Source: Geosiphon pyriformis uo1 (taxonomy: Eukaryota > Fungi > Glomeromycota). From it: DNA of 64,000 nt. The notes beneath the pieces are model-generated. The model did no database searches and was not told the DNA's origin. It saw nothing but the letters and a program-made list of their open reading frames with translations. Shown in pieces: positions 62,606 to 64,000 of this stretch. Every line of letters begins with the position of its first letter. Position 1 is the first letter of the stretch. The translations under genes and the position numbers were made by a program. The DNA lies in the NCBI GenBank assembly GCA_016748015.1, contig JAAOMT010000134.1:1370757-1434756 (forward strand), written 5' to 3'.

Positions 62606-64000
62606 TGTTACAGATTAGAGTAATAAGCTAACAGATAGCAAAAAAAAACAGAATTGTAGGATGATAAAAGAAATCAAAGAGAGTTCAACTTCAAAGAGTG
62701 AATTGAATAAGTATGGATTTAATGTGCAAGATTAGTTTTATAAAATATCTCAGTTGCTGTACTTTTCAAAAGATAACCAGGAATCTGAAGGTAGAAAGAT
62801 AGTCTGTACTGTCAACAAATGATCATGTCTGATATAATTCTATGCCTCACATCAGCACTCTTAGAATTCAATATCAGATATCAGATGTACTCTTCAGTTA
62901 CATTTTATTCAATAATTTTCAAATACTGCAATTACACATTTCAGGAAAAGAGTAAAGAATAACTGACAAGTAATCCTTTATTCCAAGATGTTCAGATACT
63001 TGAAGGTAAGGAAAGAGAAATTAGCAATAAGAAAATGATTGAGATGAAAGTTGTTATTTTATTTATTTGATTCTTGATTTTTACATACATTTCTACAGCT
63101 AAGAAATTCATTACTTATATAGTTATCAAAAGTGGTTAATAATTAGGTTAACAACTAGGTCAATGATTAAGTTAATAATCAGGTTAACAGTCAGGTTATT
63201 GATCAGATCAATGATTAAGTCAATGATCAGGTCAATGGTTAAGTCATTGATTAGATTAATAATCACTTTCTAAAAATAGAATGGCTAATTTATATAACAT
63301 CAATGGCTAATACATGTGATAATTAATAAAAAGTATAAGTTTCAACCATAATATTATCCTCTCCAAAGAGATTGAGCTCTGGCAAAATTAAGTTATTCAT
63401 GATGTAATCTATTTGAAGAGTTTTATCTAACTCAAAGCTAACTAGTTTGTTGAAGTTTTTTGTGGATAGAATATATAATACTTGAGATAAAATGAGTTTT
63501 GTATTCAAGAGACAAAATCTTTGTATTAAAGTTTTGGTTCTTCTAGCATAATTAAAACTCTTGGAACATCTAATCATATAATGCCCAAAATTTCTGCCTG
63601 TATCTCTGAAGTTGTTTTCTTTATGAGTTTCATATTTTCTATGATTTTTCTGAAACAACCATAGAGTTTTAATTGTCTTTTATATGACAAGTTTTTGTCT
63701 ATGGATAAGATTTCTTGGAGTGTTTTTTCAATTGTGCTGAAAGATGGGAGTATAGCTGCTGTTATACTTTCCAACAGATATTTATCTATTTTGCTACCAA
63801 TTTTTTCTTTTTTGGTAGTAGTTTTCTTTGGTCTGATAATGGTATGTGTTCCACTGTTATCAGTTATGGTGATTTGTTTTCCAATAATCAGAGTAGCATT
63901 TGAATAGTTTTTGATCCAATACTCATGGAGAGTATAGAAGACATTTTGAATGTTTTGATCCAGAAAATAATTGTTTATGTTAATTGAAGATATCTCTGTT
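62606..64000 (-). mobile_element. Gypsy family A copy A5 (3' LTR 62606-63353, PPT, ORF3 63323-63978; continues right of the window)
   Basis: LTR and ORF3 match the other A copies; flank ATAT at 62602-62605. Confidence 0.92.

Noticed and set aside
63134-63265. Repeat arrays as CRISPR
   Set aside because: Contiguous 12-bp units with no unique spacers, inside LTRs, and no cas genes.

Overview
The window is AT-rich, almost CpG-free eukaryotic DNA made entirely of nested, decayed transposable elements. I found no intact host gene, RNA gene or CRISPR array. The element style suggests a Glomeromycotina/Mucoromycota fungus, which is inference only. Contents: five copies of a Ty3/Gypsy family 'A' (A1-A5), five copies plus a solo LTR of a related family 'B' (B1-B5), one old LINE that forms the base of the nest, and one pogo/Tigger DNA transposon with about 2.5 kb of cargo. 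Target-site duplications give two nests. Nest 1 is LINE > B3 > (A1 > B1; A2 > B2 > A3). Nest 2 is LINE > B4 > B5 > (solo LTR > pogo; A4; A5). The main result is the shared, atypical coding plan of both Gypsy families. Pol stops right after RNase H, integrase is a separate downstream ORF behind a short A/C-rich spacer, and a further ~218-aa non-env ORF (ORF3) sits between integrase and the 3' LTR. Family A makes Pol through a conserved UUUAAAC -1 frameshift. Family B has a single gag-pol frame with a probable GUG start, a long Cys-rich domain and a dUTPase. All copies carry heavy C>T/G>A mutation, so protein calls rest on comparing copies.
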